Part shown: in pieces, positions 1 to 11,830 of the stretch
Layout: every line of letters starts with the position of its first letter
Numbering within the stretch: the stretch's first letter is position 1
NCBI GenBank assembly: GCA_976551045.1
Contig: CDPCPM010000280.1
Coordinates: 1,488,001 to 1,552,000, forward strand
DNA length: 64,000 bases
Reading direction: 5' to 3'
From: Glaucostegus cemiculus
Taxonomy: Eukaryota
Notes under the pieces: generated by a model
What the model was told of the DNA's origin: nothing
Database searches by the model: none
Seen by the model: the letters and a program-made list of their open reading frames with translations, nothing else
Translations under genes and position numbers: made by a program

Positions 1-139
1 ACATGATTAATTTACATATTATGCAATAATACACCACCCACCCACACAGACTAGGCAACTCCTGTAATGTGACAGTGACTACTCTCCAGTAGCACTTATA
101 GTGTATTTGGTTGGCTTTGCATATTAAATGTAATTGTTC

Positions 140-500
140 TGTGGCTCAGTTGGTAGCACCCTGATTTTGGATCACAAGCTCTGGGTTCGAGTGCCTCTCC
201 ACAAAGACCTCATAGCTCCAAGGACCCGGATCTGATTTGAACTTCCAGTGCCCTCTGTGTGGAGTTTGCTTGCTCTGCTGTGGCTGTGTGGGATTCCACC
301 GGGTGCTCCAGTTTCCTCCCACACCCCAAATACAAGTTGGGAGGTCTATTGGTGACCGTGTAGGTGGCTGGGAAAAACAGGGTGTTAGACGGCCACATGT
401 GAGGGGGGAAAAAATCAGGTTATGGGGAAAGTAAGCGGTGAATGAGATTGTCCTGAGAGTCAACATCAGCTTGATGGGCTGAATGGCCTTCGACGTAATA
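140..500 (+). mobile_element. Old tRNA-derived SINE head followed by a V-type SINE body
   Basis: A-box tggctcagttgg and B-box ggttcgagtgc, then the V-domain-like gggtgctccagtttcctcccaca and a CR1-like tail gatgggctgaatggcctt. Confidence 0.65.
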
Positions 501-769
501 AGAAAATCTGAAGTATTTCTTCAGGTTGCATCCTGGAGACTTGCCAACATTTTCAAGATATAAGTGTGTGTGAACCCAGAACCTACCCACAGTCACCACC
601 TGGCCACGAGGAAAGTTGGAGTCTTGGTCTGACAGCTGCTCTGTGACAACCTCCAGCAAAGTAAAAACAAAATCCTCTCAGCTACAGAAGAACAAGGAAC
701 CCATTCATTAATTTTAAATGAGAAATGGATTATGTTTTATTGCACAAGAAACCAACTGCAAAGTTCAGC

Positions 770-1370
770 AAAAGATATAAAGCTGAATAAAGAAACCAGG
801 GCTGAGTAAGAAGGGAGAAAGAGACAGCGGAGAGAGAGTAGGGAGAAAAGAGGAGGCACACTTTTGGGCAGAATGAGGGAAACAAGAGAAACAGTATAGA
901 AAAGCAATGGAAATGGTGGAAGAAAGTGATGGAGAGAGTGAAAAAGAGAGAGAAAGAGAAAGAGAAACAATATAGAGAAAATAGAGGCAGAGAATGAGAA
1001 GTCAGGACTGATTCAGAGAGTTGACAGAGAATGAGGAACAGTAAGAGGGAGAGAATAGAGATGAGGATGTTTTGAGAGAGGAGAGACTGACAGCATTGAG
1101 TGAGGGAGAGAGAAAATGAAGCAGTTCAGAGGAGTGCTGAAAGTGAGGAGTGAGACGGATGGAATGGGGAGCAAACCAGAATGGGAGTCAACTGAGACAG
1201 GCAGAAAAACAGAGAGTTAATTAGGAACTGAAGCAAATGAAGAGAGATAGAATGCGAAAGAGGAAGTTGGATTAGGGAAGGTAAAGCATGAACGGCAGAG
1301 ACGGGAAATGAAAGAACTTGAGGCAATGAATATGAATGAGCAGGAAGTGAAGCAGCTGATGTGGCGAGGC
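770..1370. repeat. Purine-rich (GA) low-complexity region
   Basis: Strong A/G skew with gagaga/gaaaga runs. Confidence 0.8.
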
Positions 1371-1393
1371 TGAGTGCGCTGGTGAGGCCACAG

Positions 1394-1407
1394 GTGCCCT
1401 CTAGTGG
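1394..1407 (-). promoter_or_regulatory. CTCF-motif match
   Basis: The minus strand reads CCACTAGAGGGCAC, fitting the CTCF core consensus. Confidence 0.5.
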
Positions 1408-2546
1408 GAACACTTCACGGGAGCAGTCCCTCTGATGGGTTCTGCTGATGCTCCACTGTTTGCATTCAGTGCTTGGGTTCCTTCACTGCAGAAAAATTCT
1501 GAGTCATAACGTTGTACAGCACAGAAACAGGCCCACCATATCCATGCCGACCTCTTTGCCCATATACACTCATCCCATTTGCCCACAGAACTATGCCAAG
1601 ACTTTAACTGGATGGAACTCTTGAAATAAAAGGAAGGGAATCCCAGCTGACCCCCCCTCAGAGGAAGAGATTAGCAAAAGCCATAACTAGAAACCAAGTG
1701 AGAATCTTGTTGCGCAGAATATTAGGACCGCAACTGTGTGTCCTTGATTTGCTTGGCCCGCTGATATCCAAACACAAGTCATTGGGGTGACACTTTTAAG
1801 CTGCTTCAGCTTCGGGAAAGGTTTTGGGGGGCTGGCGGTCAAACCACGGTGACCTGCCCCCAGAGGCAGCCAACACGAGTGATCCCGGTGCGGAGCGAGC
1901 CTCGCATCAGCCTGGTTACAGGGCAGGAGTTGGTGGGGTTAGACCCTGTCATCGGCTGTGCAATGTGCTGTTACCCTTGACATGGGGGGAGATCTCACGC
2001 CGCCTGCTGCCCTGAAGTAGCAACATGGCAGGCTGACCAAGAGAAGAGGGCCTGGTGAGTTCAAGAGTTCTGCCTGTGGCCCAGGTGGACCAGCAGTGGC
2101 CCCCAGCGGCTTCACAAGGAAGTCCTTGGCCTTCCCAATGCCCTCCAGCCCTCTTCCCAATCACATGCCTCAACCTTCTTCCTCCCATCTGATGCTGATC
2201 TGAGTCTTCCCAGGATCCAATCCCCCCCTCTACCTTTCAGTGGTTCTCTCAAACTATATCATGTCTTAATTTGGAAAAAATTAGGAGTGGTACTGCTGAT
2301 TCTTCACTTAAATTTGAAGATATTTGGAGTCCATTTATTTAAAGCTTTCACATGATGTAGTTTCCCCTTCTATAACTTTTTTTAATTCAGAGGAACGGAG
2401 CTGACGACATTATATTGCTCTGTTTCTATTGAAAATTTTAGCCCAGTTTTTTTTTCTTGTTTTGTTTTTCCTTTTTTTAAAAAAAATTTCAGTTCAATTT
2501 ACTTTGTATTGTTATAATTTTTTTATATTGATTTGGGGTTTTTTTT

Positions 2547-2768
2547 AGAACATAGAACATAGGAACCTACAGCACAATTCAGGCCCTTCGGCCCACAAAG
2601 CTGTGCCGAACATGTCCCCACACTATTAGGCTTACCCATAGCCTTCTGTCTTATTTACCTCCATGTACCTATCCAACAGTCTCTTGAAAGACCCTAACGT
2701 ATCCGCCTCCACCACCATTTCCGGCAGCTCATTCCACGCACTCACCACTCTCTGAGTAAAAAAACTTA
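2547..2768 (-). mobile_element. Young CR1-type LINE 3' end
   Basis: Nearly identical to 18015-18230, including the agaacatagaacat tail. Confidence 0.85.
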
Positions 2769-2772
2769 ATTG

Positions 2773-3021
2773 TTTTTTTAATTTTATTTACAGCGTGGTA
2801 ACAGGCCCTTTCGGCCCTCCGAGTCCACGCCGCCCATTTTAAATCCCCAAATTAACCTACCCATACGTCTTTCAGAATGTGGGAGGAAACCGGAGCACCC
2901 GGAGGAAACCTATGCAGACACAGGAGAAGGTACAAACTCCTTACAGTCAGCGACGGGAATCGAACCCCGATCGCTGGCGCTGTAAGAGCATCGCGCTAAC
3001 AGCTACGCTATTGTGCCGCCC
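2773..3021 (-). mobile_element. Young V-type tRNA-derived SINE (family A)
   Basis: tRNA-like head, V-domain gggtttcctccgggtgctccggtttcctcccac and CR1-like tail; near-identical to the other family A copies. Confidence 0.9.
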
Positions 3022-4019
3022 ATTTTTTTCTAATTATAGAACAAGTCTTTTTCTTTCCTATCTTTTACATTATACTTATGAACCAAGAGATTGTTGGAAC
3101 TATTTCCTTAATATATATCATACTTTATTGCTTTTTTTTAATGATTACCTATGATTGTTACCTGATATTGCTATAGTACAGGTGTAAACATTGTTGTTAT
3201 ATATATTAACCTGTATTGATTTGTTATCAATAAAAAGATTGAAGAAGAGTCTTCCCTCACCCACACCCTCAATCCTCTGTCAGTACCCTTCACCTCCCTC
3301 ACGCCTCCTCACCTCTCCACTACCCCCCCCCAATGCCTCTCTCAATGCCCCTCAGTCACAGTCCCCTCCTTCATTTCCCCCTCTCCTGGGGAGGTGCTGG
3401 GAGAGAAAAGGGAAGTGGAGGCTGGGAAAAGAAGTGGTGTGAGGGTAAAGACAAGGGAAACAGAGGGTGTCTGGGGGAGGGAGGGCGGCAGGGAGAGAGT
3501 GGCGGGAGTATGCCTGGGGGAGAGGGTGGGGCAGAGGAATGGAGGAAAGGAGCAGGGGGAGAGCTTTGAGCTCAGCAACACTAAAGGATTAACTATTTGG
3601 GACAAGCCTCTGATTGGGAGTGTAATACAGGAAGTCCCACTTTCACTGTTGTCCCAACCTGTTGGAGATTTTTATCCCTTTGTTTCATTCCTCGTTTCTG
3701 TTGGCCTTGGCTCGGATTTCCACATCCCCACATGCCCAAACAGTGCCGAACATGCCCGGGAGCCGGAGCTGGAATTCCTCTCCCACTCTTGAAGAGAGAA
3801 TCTTTACACAAACATCACATACTTGCAACAGCCCAGATTCTCAGGCAAGTACAAACCCATCTCTCCAGGAGTCCATTGACTCTTTGTGAACCAGAAGCAG
3901 GTTGGATTCACTTTGTCTCTGAGACAAAGCCAGCAATTAAGAACGTGGCAACTGCAGAAGCCATGGAATCGACATCATCATTTATGCACACACTTTGGCA
4001 TTTGGAGGAGGATAGTCCT

Positions 4020-4790
4020 TGACTACAGAATGATACCGATTAGCTGGTAAAGGTGGGTAGAAAAATGGCACATTATTTAATCCTGAAATTTGTGAGGTGT
4101 TACATTTTGGGAGGACTAATAAGGCAAGGATATACACAATGAACAGTAGGATCCAAATAAGTATTGCGGAACAGAGGAATCTTCATATACATTTCCTTGG
4201 ATTCCTGAAGGTGGTTAAGAAAGCATATGGAATACTTGATTTATTAGCTGGGGCATAGAAAATAAGAGCCAGGCGTTCGGCCACTGGTGGAGTACAGTGT
4301 GCAGTTCCAGCTGCCACACCATGAGAAGGATATGATTGCACTGGGGGGGTCCAGAGGAGATTCACCAGGATATTGCTTAGGATGGAGTATTTTGGCTATA
4401 AGGAGATACTGAGGGAGGGGTTTATTTTCCTTATTGTGCTGAGCAGAGACCTGATTAATATAACCACAATTACGAGGGGTACAGATAGGGTAGATTGTGA
4501 GAAATGGTTCCCCTCAGCAGAGGTGTTTATGACAAGGAGGTATAGTTTAAGGTAAAGGGTAGGAAATTAAGAGGGCACTTGAGGTAGAATTTTTCTTTTA
4601 CCCAGAGGATTATAGAAATCTGGAAGTAATTGCCAGAGGGGATGGTAGAGACATTTAAGAAGTATTTAGGTGAATACTTGAAATTCCAAAGCATAAAGGC
4701 AGCAGGTGAGTACTGGAAAATGGGATTAGTGTAACAACGTACTTGATGGCTCGCATGGACACAGTGAGCCTGTTTCTCCATGACTCTGGT
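4020..4790 (+). mobile_element. Degraded CR1 LINE 3' portion
   Basis: QRRFTR-like segment (cagaggagattcaccagg), FFTQR-like segment and CR1 tail. Confidence 0.8.
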
Positions 4791-4924
4791 GTAAACACCT
4801 GCGCTGCCCTAAGCAAGAGGCATCTTGCTGATTTGCTGGAATTCTGGAGCCTTTCTACTCTGCACCAAGAAGCCAGGATGAGAAAGTTTCGCTGAGGAAC
4901 TGTCCCAATTAAACCTGACAACTT

Positions 4925-5020
4925 ATCCAGATGAAGACCCTGACCCAGAACGTCGACTGTCCATTTCCCACCGCAGATGCTGCCTGACCCGCTGAGTTCC
5001 TCCAGCAGTTTGTTTTTTTG
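4925..5020 (+). mobile_element. Penelope-like element terminal fragment
   Basis: cagatgctgcctgacccgctgagttcctccagcagtttg. Related copies lie at ~41505-41590 (-), 45710-45790, 56680-56770 and 62470-62650. Family assigned from memory. Confidence 0.55.
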
Positions 5021-6069
5021 CTGACAATTTATCATATTTGTCACATCCCAGTCCCAGCGCTGTTAAGCAAACACCGCTACATGTCCTTAACATAGTATGA
5101 CGCAACCTGTAAACATTGAGTGACAAAATCCACAGTCTTCTCCGGCTCCACAACCCCTTCATCTCTGTACTTCTCTGCACCGCTGATTGCCATGCTCCAC
5201 CACTGAGTCCCTGTGACTCCCTAACCTCTCATTTAAGGTCCTTCTTAACCTACCACGTTGTGGTCAGTGTTCTTGGTGTCAATCTTTGTTTGATAATGCT
5301 CTTGGGAAGCACCTTGGGACATTAAAGGTGATATACAATTGCCAGTTGCAAATAATTGTTCTGCATTTGTGTTACAGTGAGTGTTTTAGCCATGCCAATA
5401 ATCCAGCATTGTTAGACAATGGGGAGAAAAGCACAGGTTAATATGTTTGAAAAAGATTACAGCCTGCAGCTCAGCAGCAGTTTATATAACCCACCCACAG
5501 ACTGGCTGAGCCCTTGTGGGGCAACGCGAGTCCGGAGGCAGCTGGATGCAGTACCACGCTTCCAACCACCACAAACTACAACGGTCTGTGGCCTCCAAGG
5601 AAATCACATAGACATCACATTCACACTGCTGGCTCATTGGAGCTAGGCTTGAGTTGTCAACTCAGCTTGGCTGTTTCACATGACCTCCTTCCAAACCAGT
5701 CGAAAGGTAAAGAGATTTCCCTGCCTGATAGATTAATCTTGGCTGTCACTCCAATAGCCTTTCACTCCTTCAGTGTTATTATCATGAACTATTTGAAATA
5801 AAGATTTTTTTTTACATTGATTCTATGATGTTATTTCCCTTATTTTTCTTTGCGCCATGTGCTGGAGACCAGTCTCCATTTTTGGATACTCCAGAACCAC
5901 CACGTAGGGTTGGTGATGCCAGTCTAGGCTACAAGCTAACCATGCAAACTCAGCAGTGCTCAGGTGCCAGCCACAGTCTCTGCAGAAGGCAGATGTGGCC
6001 ATTCTGGTCATACAGATCACAGGAGGGCTCATCACAAATTGTCCAACTACCTAGACCTCCAAATGCCCT

Positions 6070-6545
6070 GGAAGGGGTGTGGAGGAGATTTGCCAGGATG
6101 TGGCCAGGGATGGGACATTTCAGTTACAAGAAGAGACTGGAAAGGCTTGGGTTTATTTTCCTCAAAGTGGACGATCCAGAGGGGGCCCTGATAGAGGTAT
6201 GTGGATTATGAGTGGCAGAGATAGAGCAGAGAGTAAGAAATTCTTCTCCATAGCAAAGGAATAAAACCAGAGGGCATTGGTTTAAGGTGGGGACTAAGAG
6301 GTTTAGAGGGGGTTTCAGGAAGAATTACTTCACCCAGAGGGTGATTGGAATCTGGACTGCACTGCCTGAGAAGGTGGTGGAGGCAAGTACTCTCACAACA
6401 CTTAAGAATCATCTGGATGAGCTGTCGAATAGCCAAGGCTATGGACCAAGTGCTGGTAAGTGGGGTTAATAAAGATAGGTAGTTGCTTGTTGGCATTGAC
6501 ATGGTGGGCTGAAGGGCCTTTTCTGTGCTGTATGACCTTATGCCC
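6070..6545 (+). mobile_element. CR1 LINE 3' end
   Basis: RRFARMWPGMGHFSYKKRLERLG and FRKNYFTQRVIGIWTALPEKVVEA, ending in the tail gggctgaagggccttttctgtgctgtatgac. Confidence 0.88.
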
Positions 6546-8221
6546 CTCCCCTAGACTCCCACCATTAGCCACTTCGCCTGGATTTACAGCCCACTCCCTT
6601 CGGGCCATTCACAGAAGCAAAGGTTTCTCCACTGCATGACTGGATAACCCTCGACACTTTTCCTCAGCTGCAACTAGTGAACAGAAGTTATATTGTGTGG
6701 AAGAACACTTATTGGCACATTTCGTATGAAAATTACCACCAGAACAATTCCGGGGAAGAGGGTCAGATCTGAGCAAGTCAAGGAATGATCAGGGAAAGGC
6801 AGAGGCAGGAGCTGGGAGGGAGTGAGAATTGGTGAGTGACAAGATGGCTGTGTGTGATGTCGGTGAGTGAGGGGCAAGGGGAAGATTGTGTGGGGAATAA
6901 ATACACATGGAGCTGAGTTGGGAGAGTGGGAAGTGAGAGGGTCTGAGTGAGACTGTCCTGATTCTGAGTACTAGCCCTTGATTTGGTTCCTTAGATGCCT
7001 TGTTGTACAGCACATGGATTCCATGCTGGACTGATTGCAGAATGACACACACACCTGAGCCCCATCAGGGGCCTAGCATAAGTACCTGGGTTTCTCTAGT
7101 ACTAGTTACCAGAGGATTAGTCAACCTTCAGGTATACTTTGGCTCCTAGCTGCTTAGAGTGGTCTACTCCAGAGCAGTCCTGTGTTCTCTATTCCTGCTC
7201 AAAGATTTGGTTTGTGTTGGGATTACTACTCAGATCTCTGAGGCAAGATTTCCTTCCAGTGTTGCCTGTGTCTGGTCCTGAGGAAGTATCCTGACTCCAG
7301 TCTTGTACCAGGGTGCTGCATTTGGGTTCACTGTGAGCTTGCTCTTCAATCAACATTGTGACAGAGACCTTAGTGAGGTGGTTGAGTGAGCAGGGTCATA
7401 GGGCTCAAGGAGTTAATGAAGGTCAGTAGAAATGAAGCTATGGGAGAGTTATGGAAAGGAAAGTGTTTTGGAGGATAGGAGAATGAGGAGTTTTGTATCT
7501 GCAATACATGTGTGTATGTGCATGGGTGCCATGGCTTAACAGTTACCTGGCATGAAATTCAATTAAGGGACCAGTTTTAAATTAGGACCTTGGATCAGAA
7601 TGCATGGTCCTACTGAGCATATTAAAACAAAATATTCAGACAAAAAGAATTCATGCCAAACCTACCCACTCTGATTTGGATGTTTTCTTACTGAGAACCT
7701 TCTAATTTATTGTTAATAAGCATCAGTGGATGAGCGCTCTGACCCCCACCATGTCAATAGTTTGCCGATTCTCTAAACAGATTGCAAACCCTCACACAGG
7801 CCTGTGAAGCACACTTCACAGCAGCTAATGGAGCTGGGAGATGAGTTACCATGGAAAGGGCACTGAGCAGGGCAGTGTAAATGGAGTCGGGGAAACAATT
7901 GGATGCAACACGGTTGTGACTAAATGCCAAAAGCGTTCCTTTGTCAATCTGCCCAGGAGCGATGGGTGTTGCTGGTCAGCCAACATTTATTGCCCATCCC
8001 CATTTACCTCTGAGGAAATGGTGGTGAGCCAAACATTCAACCACTGCAGTCCTTCTGATGAAGGAACTCCCTCACTGTTGTTCGATGAGGTGTTCAGACA
8101 CTCTGAGCCAGTGTGTTGCTTGGAGGGGGTTCTGATATGGTAGTTTTAGCACATGCATGTTGCACCTGCCCTTCCAGCTGATGGAACTGCAGGTTTTGGA
8201 AAGGCCCTATGAGACTGGTTG

Positions 8222-8720
8222 CAGAGTGGTGCAGCATTTAGTGCTGCTGCCTCACAGCTCCAGGGACCCGGGTTCAATCCTGACCTCAAGCGTCGTCTGT
8301 GTGGAGTTTGCACGTTCTCCACAATTATAGCGTTTAAAAGACATTTGGACAGTTTTGTGGATAGCAAAGGTTTAGAGGGATGTGGGCCAAAAGCAGGCAA
8401 ATAGGAATAGCTCAGGATGGCACCTTGGTCAGCATGGGTGAGTTAGGCCAAAGGGCACATTTCCATGCTGCTTAGCTCTGTGACTTTAGGACTCTTCTCC
8501 CTGGGACCATGTGGGTTCTCTCTGGATGCTCTGGTTTCCTCCCACATCCTGGCTGCTGTAAATTACCCCTTAGTGTGGGCGAGAGGCAAAAGAACCAAAC
8601 TGGAATTGAAAGGCATGTGAGAGATAATAAGTTGCAGGGATACAGGGAATGAAGAAGAGGGGAGATGGACTTGCCCTATTGGGGACTGACATGGACCAGA
8701 TGGTCACCTCCTGAGTGGTA
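8222..8720 (+). mobile_element. Older V-type SINE split by a CR1 3' tail (8321-8494)
   Basis: SINE head at 8222-8320 resumes at ~8500. The insert is flanked by a TTCTCC duplication (8315-8320 and 8495-8500). Confidence 0.8.
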
Positions 8721-9489
8721 AGTGATAATCCAAGTTTGTTCTTAATGGTTTCTAGAAAAGGAAGGAATGTAATAGGAAAGCTGACTACCAGCATTGACTG
8801 AAAAAGAGAAAAGGGACCTCGTGCTTTTAACACTGTTCTCCCATTTACACTTGTTCCTGTTGCTGTTGGACTTAAGCCCAGGAGAGAATTCATGGAGGTG
8901 ATCTCATTATAGTCCTATATTTGCAGACAATTGGAGCCGGTCGGGAATCATCCAATTCCATAATAAAGAGTCTGGTCACATCTGATTGGCTGTGTGCAGT
9001 TGTACTTGGCCGGGTTGAGCTTGTTGGGTAGCCACTTGTGGGAGCCTGAGAATGGAGTAGATGGAGGTTGACAGTCAAGTGATGCAACCTCCGAGGTTAG
9101 ATCCAGCCACAACTGGCAAAGCCTGGGCTCCCACGGAACACAGGACAGCAGAGGAGCTGCAGGTGATTGCTCCATCTTCACAGGCTCCATTGTAGTGCCC
9201 TGCGGTATCTATATTGCCACGGAAACTGCCCGTTCACCCGCAGTACACTGGAGATCCTTGGAGCACGTATTAACTTTGTGCACCCACGCCGCCCCAAAGC
9301 ACGTGGCAACTACACTGCAGAACCCTCTGCTAATCATTTGCCCTGGGGAGAAGTGAGTGAAAGGAGGGAGAAGGGGCAGAGAGGGTGGGATGGGAGGAGA
9401 GGAAGAGAGGAGCTGGGAGAGGAAAGGGCAGAGGGGTTGGGGTGAGGGGTGTGTGGTGGGGGGCAGAGAGCTATTGCTATCTTCAGCTC

Positions 9490-9728
9490 TATTTTATTAT
9501 TTTTTTACAGCGAGGTAACAGGCCCTTTCGGCCCAACGAGTCCGTGACGCCCATTTTAAACACCCCAGATTAACCTACCTGTACGTCTTTTAGGATGTGA
9601 GAGGAAACTGGAGCACCAGGAGGAAACCCATGCAGACATGGGAGAACGTACAAGCTCCTTACAGTCAGCGACGGGAATCGAACCCCGATCGCTGGCGCTG
9701 TAACGGCGTTGTGCTAACCGCTGCCCTG
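9490..9728 (-). mobile_element. V-type SINE (family A)
   Basis: Matches 2773-3021. Confidence 0.9.
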
Positions 9729-10599
9729 CCTTCCTCCTGGCCTGCCTGCCTCCTGCCCTCCTCGGGAACCAGGTGTAGAATCATTGAAGAAGGATGTTCA
9801 TTCCAGGCTCAGAAGGAATTGTCGATTAGCCACAGAACCCTGCTCTTTTTCTGCAACGATCCCTTTTCCAGTATTTATACAGTTCCTTTCTGGAAATTAC
9901 TAATGAACTCGCTTGCAGGCAATGCTTTCCAGATCATAACAATTCTGTCCCAAGGCTCTGAGCTCTGGAATTCCCTCACTAACCCTCTCCACCTCATGCT
10001 GCTTCAAGATTCTCCTTCAAACCTACTTCTCTGACAAGCTTTTTCGTTGCTTGGCCCAATGTCCCTTCTGAGGCTCAGTGCCACACTCTTGTCTAATTAC
10101 AGCACTGTGAATCTCCTAGGGATGTTTGGCTTTGTTGAGAGGCATAAGTACAAATGACTCTACTGCAAGGGAAGTACTGTGGCTAAAAATGGAAGGTCAG
10201 GGTCAAATAAGCTGCAGAAGCTCATCGTGAACATGAGAAAAGCGGATTGCAGAGATCCGAGAGTACTCCAGGCTCGTAAAGCCCACAGATCAGCAAGCAA
10301 TAGTGTCCTGGAGACCAGTTGATGGATGTGAAGTGTTCGCAAATCCCTTAAGGAGCCTGTAGCCTTGTAATCACTTGAGTGAATCTGCTGGTAACTAATT
10401 AACAGTCTGGGGTTTGATTTACTGCTAAGTCCTGACACATTCCCTAATGGATGGCAAGTGGGCAAATACTCTGATGGCTGACTGGAAGTGAGTACGGCTG
10501 CTCTGCTCTGAGGAGCCAGAGGCTGTTGCTTCACAATGGGAGGGGCACTGAGTGTGTCTGTCACTGCTGCCCAGCCTGCTGGTTATGAGCATTGCACAG

Positions 10600-10810
10600 G
10601 CGGTGGTTCTGAGCTCTGCTCTTCAGGATGTGAGCACAGAATCCTGGCTGACATGCCAGTGCAGTGCTGCCCTGTCATAAGAGCCAGCTTTCAGATGAGA
10701 CAATACACCAAAGCCTCTCAGGTGGATGCAAGTGATCCCATTGTTTTCCAGAACACCAAGGGAGCCATCTTGAGTGTACTGAGCAACCTCATCCTCAACC
10801 AACAGAGTCT
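10600..10810 (+). mobile_element. Ancient Deu-domain SINE remnant (SacSINE1/AmnSINE1-like)
   Basis: gagcacagaatcctggctgaca...ctttcagatgagac...ctctcaggtggatg. Similar remnants at ~12730-13000, 44810-45030 (-), 47650-47900 and 57900-58230 (-). Recognised from memory. Confidence 0.5.
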
Positions 10811-11145
10811 GGAGCCATGCAGTGTGCAGGCTTTTCTGCAGCACACCAGTGGCTACACTTTAAACTTTACTTTGTTGGCTGGAGAACAGTTGGGATGTAC
10901 TGAGATTGCCTTCAAGTCCTACAGTGGGTTTGCTCCTTCCCTATCCACATCTATTAGTCCCACAGCCTCCCGAGGCCTGTGTGTTCCCCCAGCTCAGGCT
11001 ATTGCATATTCAGAATCTACTAGTGGGGGCTGTGCCTTCAGTCTCTGAGCTCCCAGACTCTGGAATTCCCTCCCTAAAGATTTCTCTCTGTATATCTCCC
11101 TCTCTCCTGTAAGGCTCCTTAAAATTACCTCTGATCAAGGTTTCA

Positions 11146-11440
11146 GACCATAAGATACAGGAGCAGAATTTGGCCATTCAGCCCATTGAGTCTGCTCCGC
11201 ATTCAATCATGGAACAAGCCCATTCTCCTGCCTTCTCCCCATAACCCTTAACCCCTTCAAGAACCTACCAATCTCTGCCTTAAATACACCCAGTGACTTG
11301 GCCGCCACTGACCTCTGTGGCCACAGATTCGCCACCCACTAACTGAAGAAATTCCTCCTCATCTCAGTTTTAAAGCAATGTCCCTTTATTCTGAAGCTGT
11401 GCCCTCGGATCCTAGACTCCCCTACTAATGGAAACGTCAT
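11146..11440 (-). mobile_element. CR1 LINE 3' end
   Basis: Tail ccataagatacaggagcagaatttggccattcagccc, followed by an antisense RRNFFS-like segment. Confidence 0.85.
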
Positions 11441-11444
11441 TGGC

Positions 11445-11830
11445 GTGTAGGAGAACAGGGGATGATCTTACAGAGGTGAATACAATCATGAGCAACACAG
11501 ATAAGGTGAATGCACACAGTCTTTTTCCCAGGGTGGGGAAGTCAAAAACTAGAGGGTAAAGGTTGAAGGTGAGAGGGGAGAGATTGAATAGGAACTTGAG
11601 GAGCAACCTGGGTGGTCAGTATATGGAATGAGCTGCCAGAGGAAATGGGTGAGGCAGGGACATTAACATCATTTTAAAGGCACTTGGACAGGTACGTGGA
11701 TAGGAGAGGTTTGGAGGGATATGGGACAAACATGGGCAAATAGGACTTGTTTAGATGGGAATCTTGGTCGCCATGGACCTGTTGGGTTGAAGGGCCCCTT
11801 TCTGTGCTGTATGACTCTCTGACGCTGTGA
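11445..11830 (+). mobile_element. CR1 LINE 3' end of a different subfamily, abutting the previous copy head-to-head
   Basis: gatcttacagaggtg...ctttttcccagggtgggg...tatggaatgagctgccagagg...ctgtgctgtatgactct. Confidence 0.85.

Larger units (their letters stand above)
2235..3248 (+). mobile_element. L1-clade LINE 3' fragment (ORF2 C-terminus plus T-rich 3'UTR), interrupted by CR1 and SINE insertions
   Basis: Translates LNLEKIRSGTADSSLKFEDIWSPFI, which fits the LEKI...KF..IW.PF pattern of fish L1 ORF2 ends. AATAAA near 3229 is followed by an A-rich end. Confidence 0.55.

Noticed and set aside
141-202. Possible tRNA gene
   Set aside because: A and B boxes are present, but I see no convincing cloverleaf or terminator, and it runs into SINE sequence. 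It is a SINE head.
2879-3154. Recurrent ORF family MGGNRSTRRKP... (also at 9597, 23732, 42420 and 46511)
   Set aside because: These are antisense readings of the V-SINE, not a gene family.
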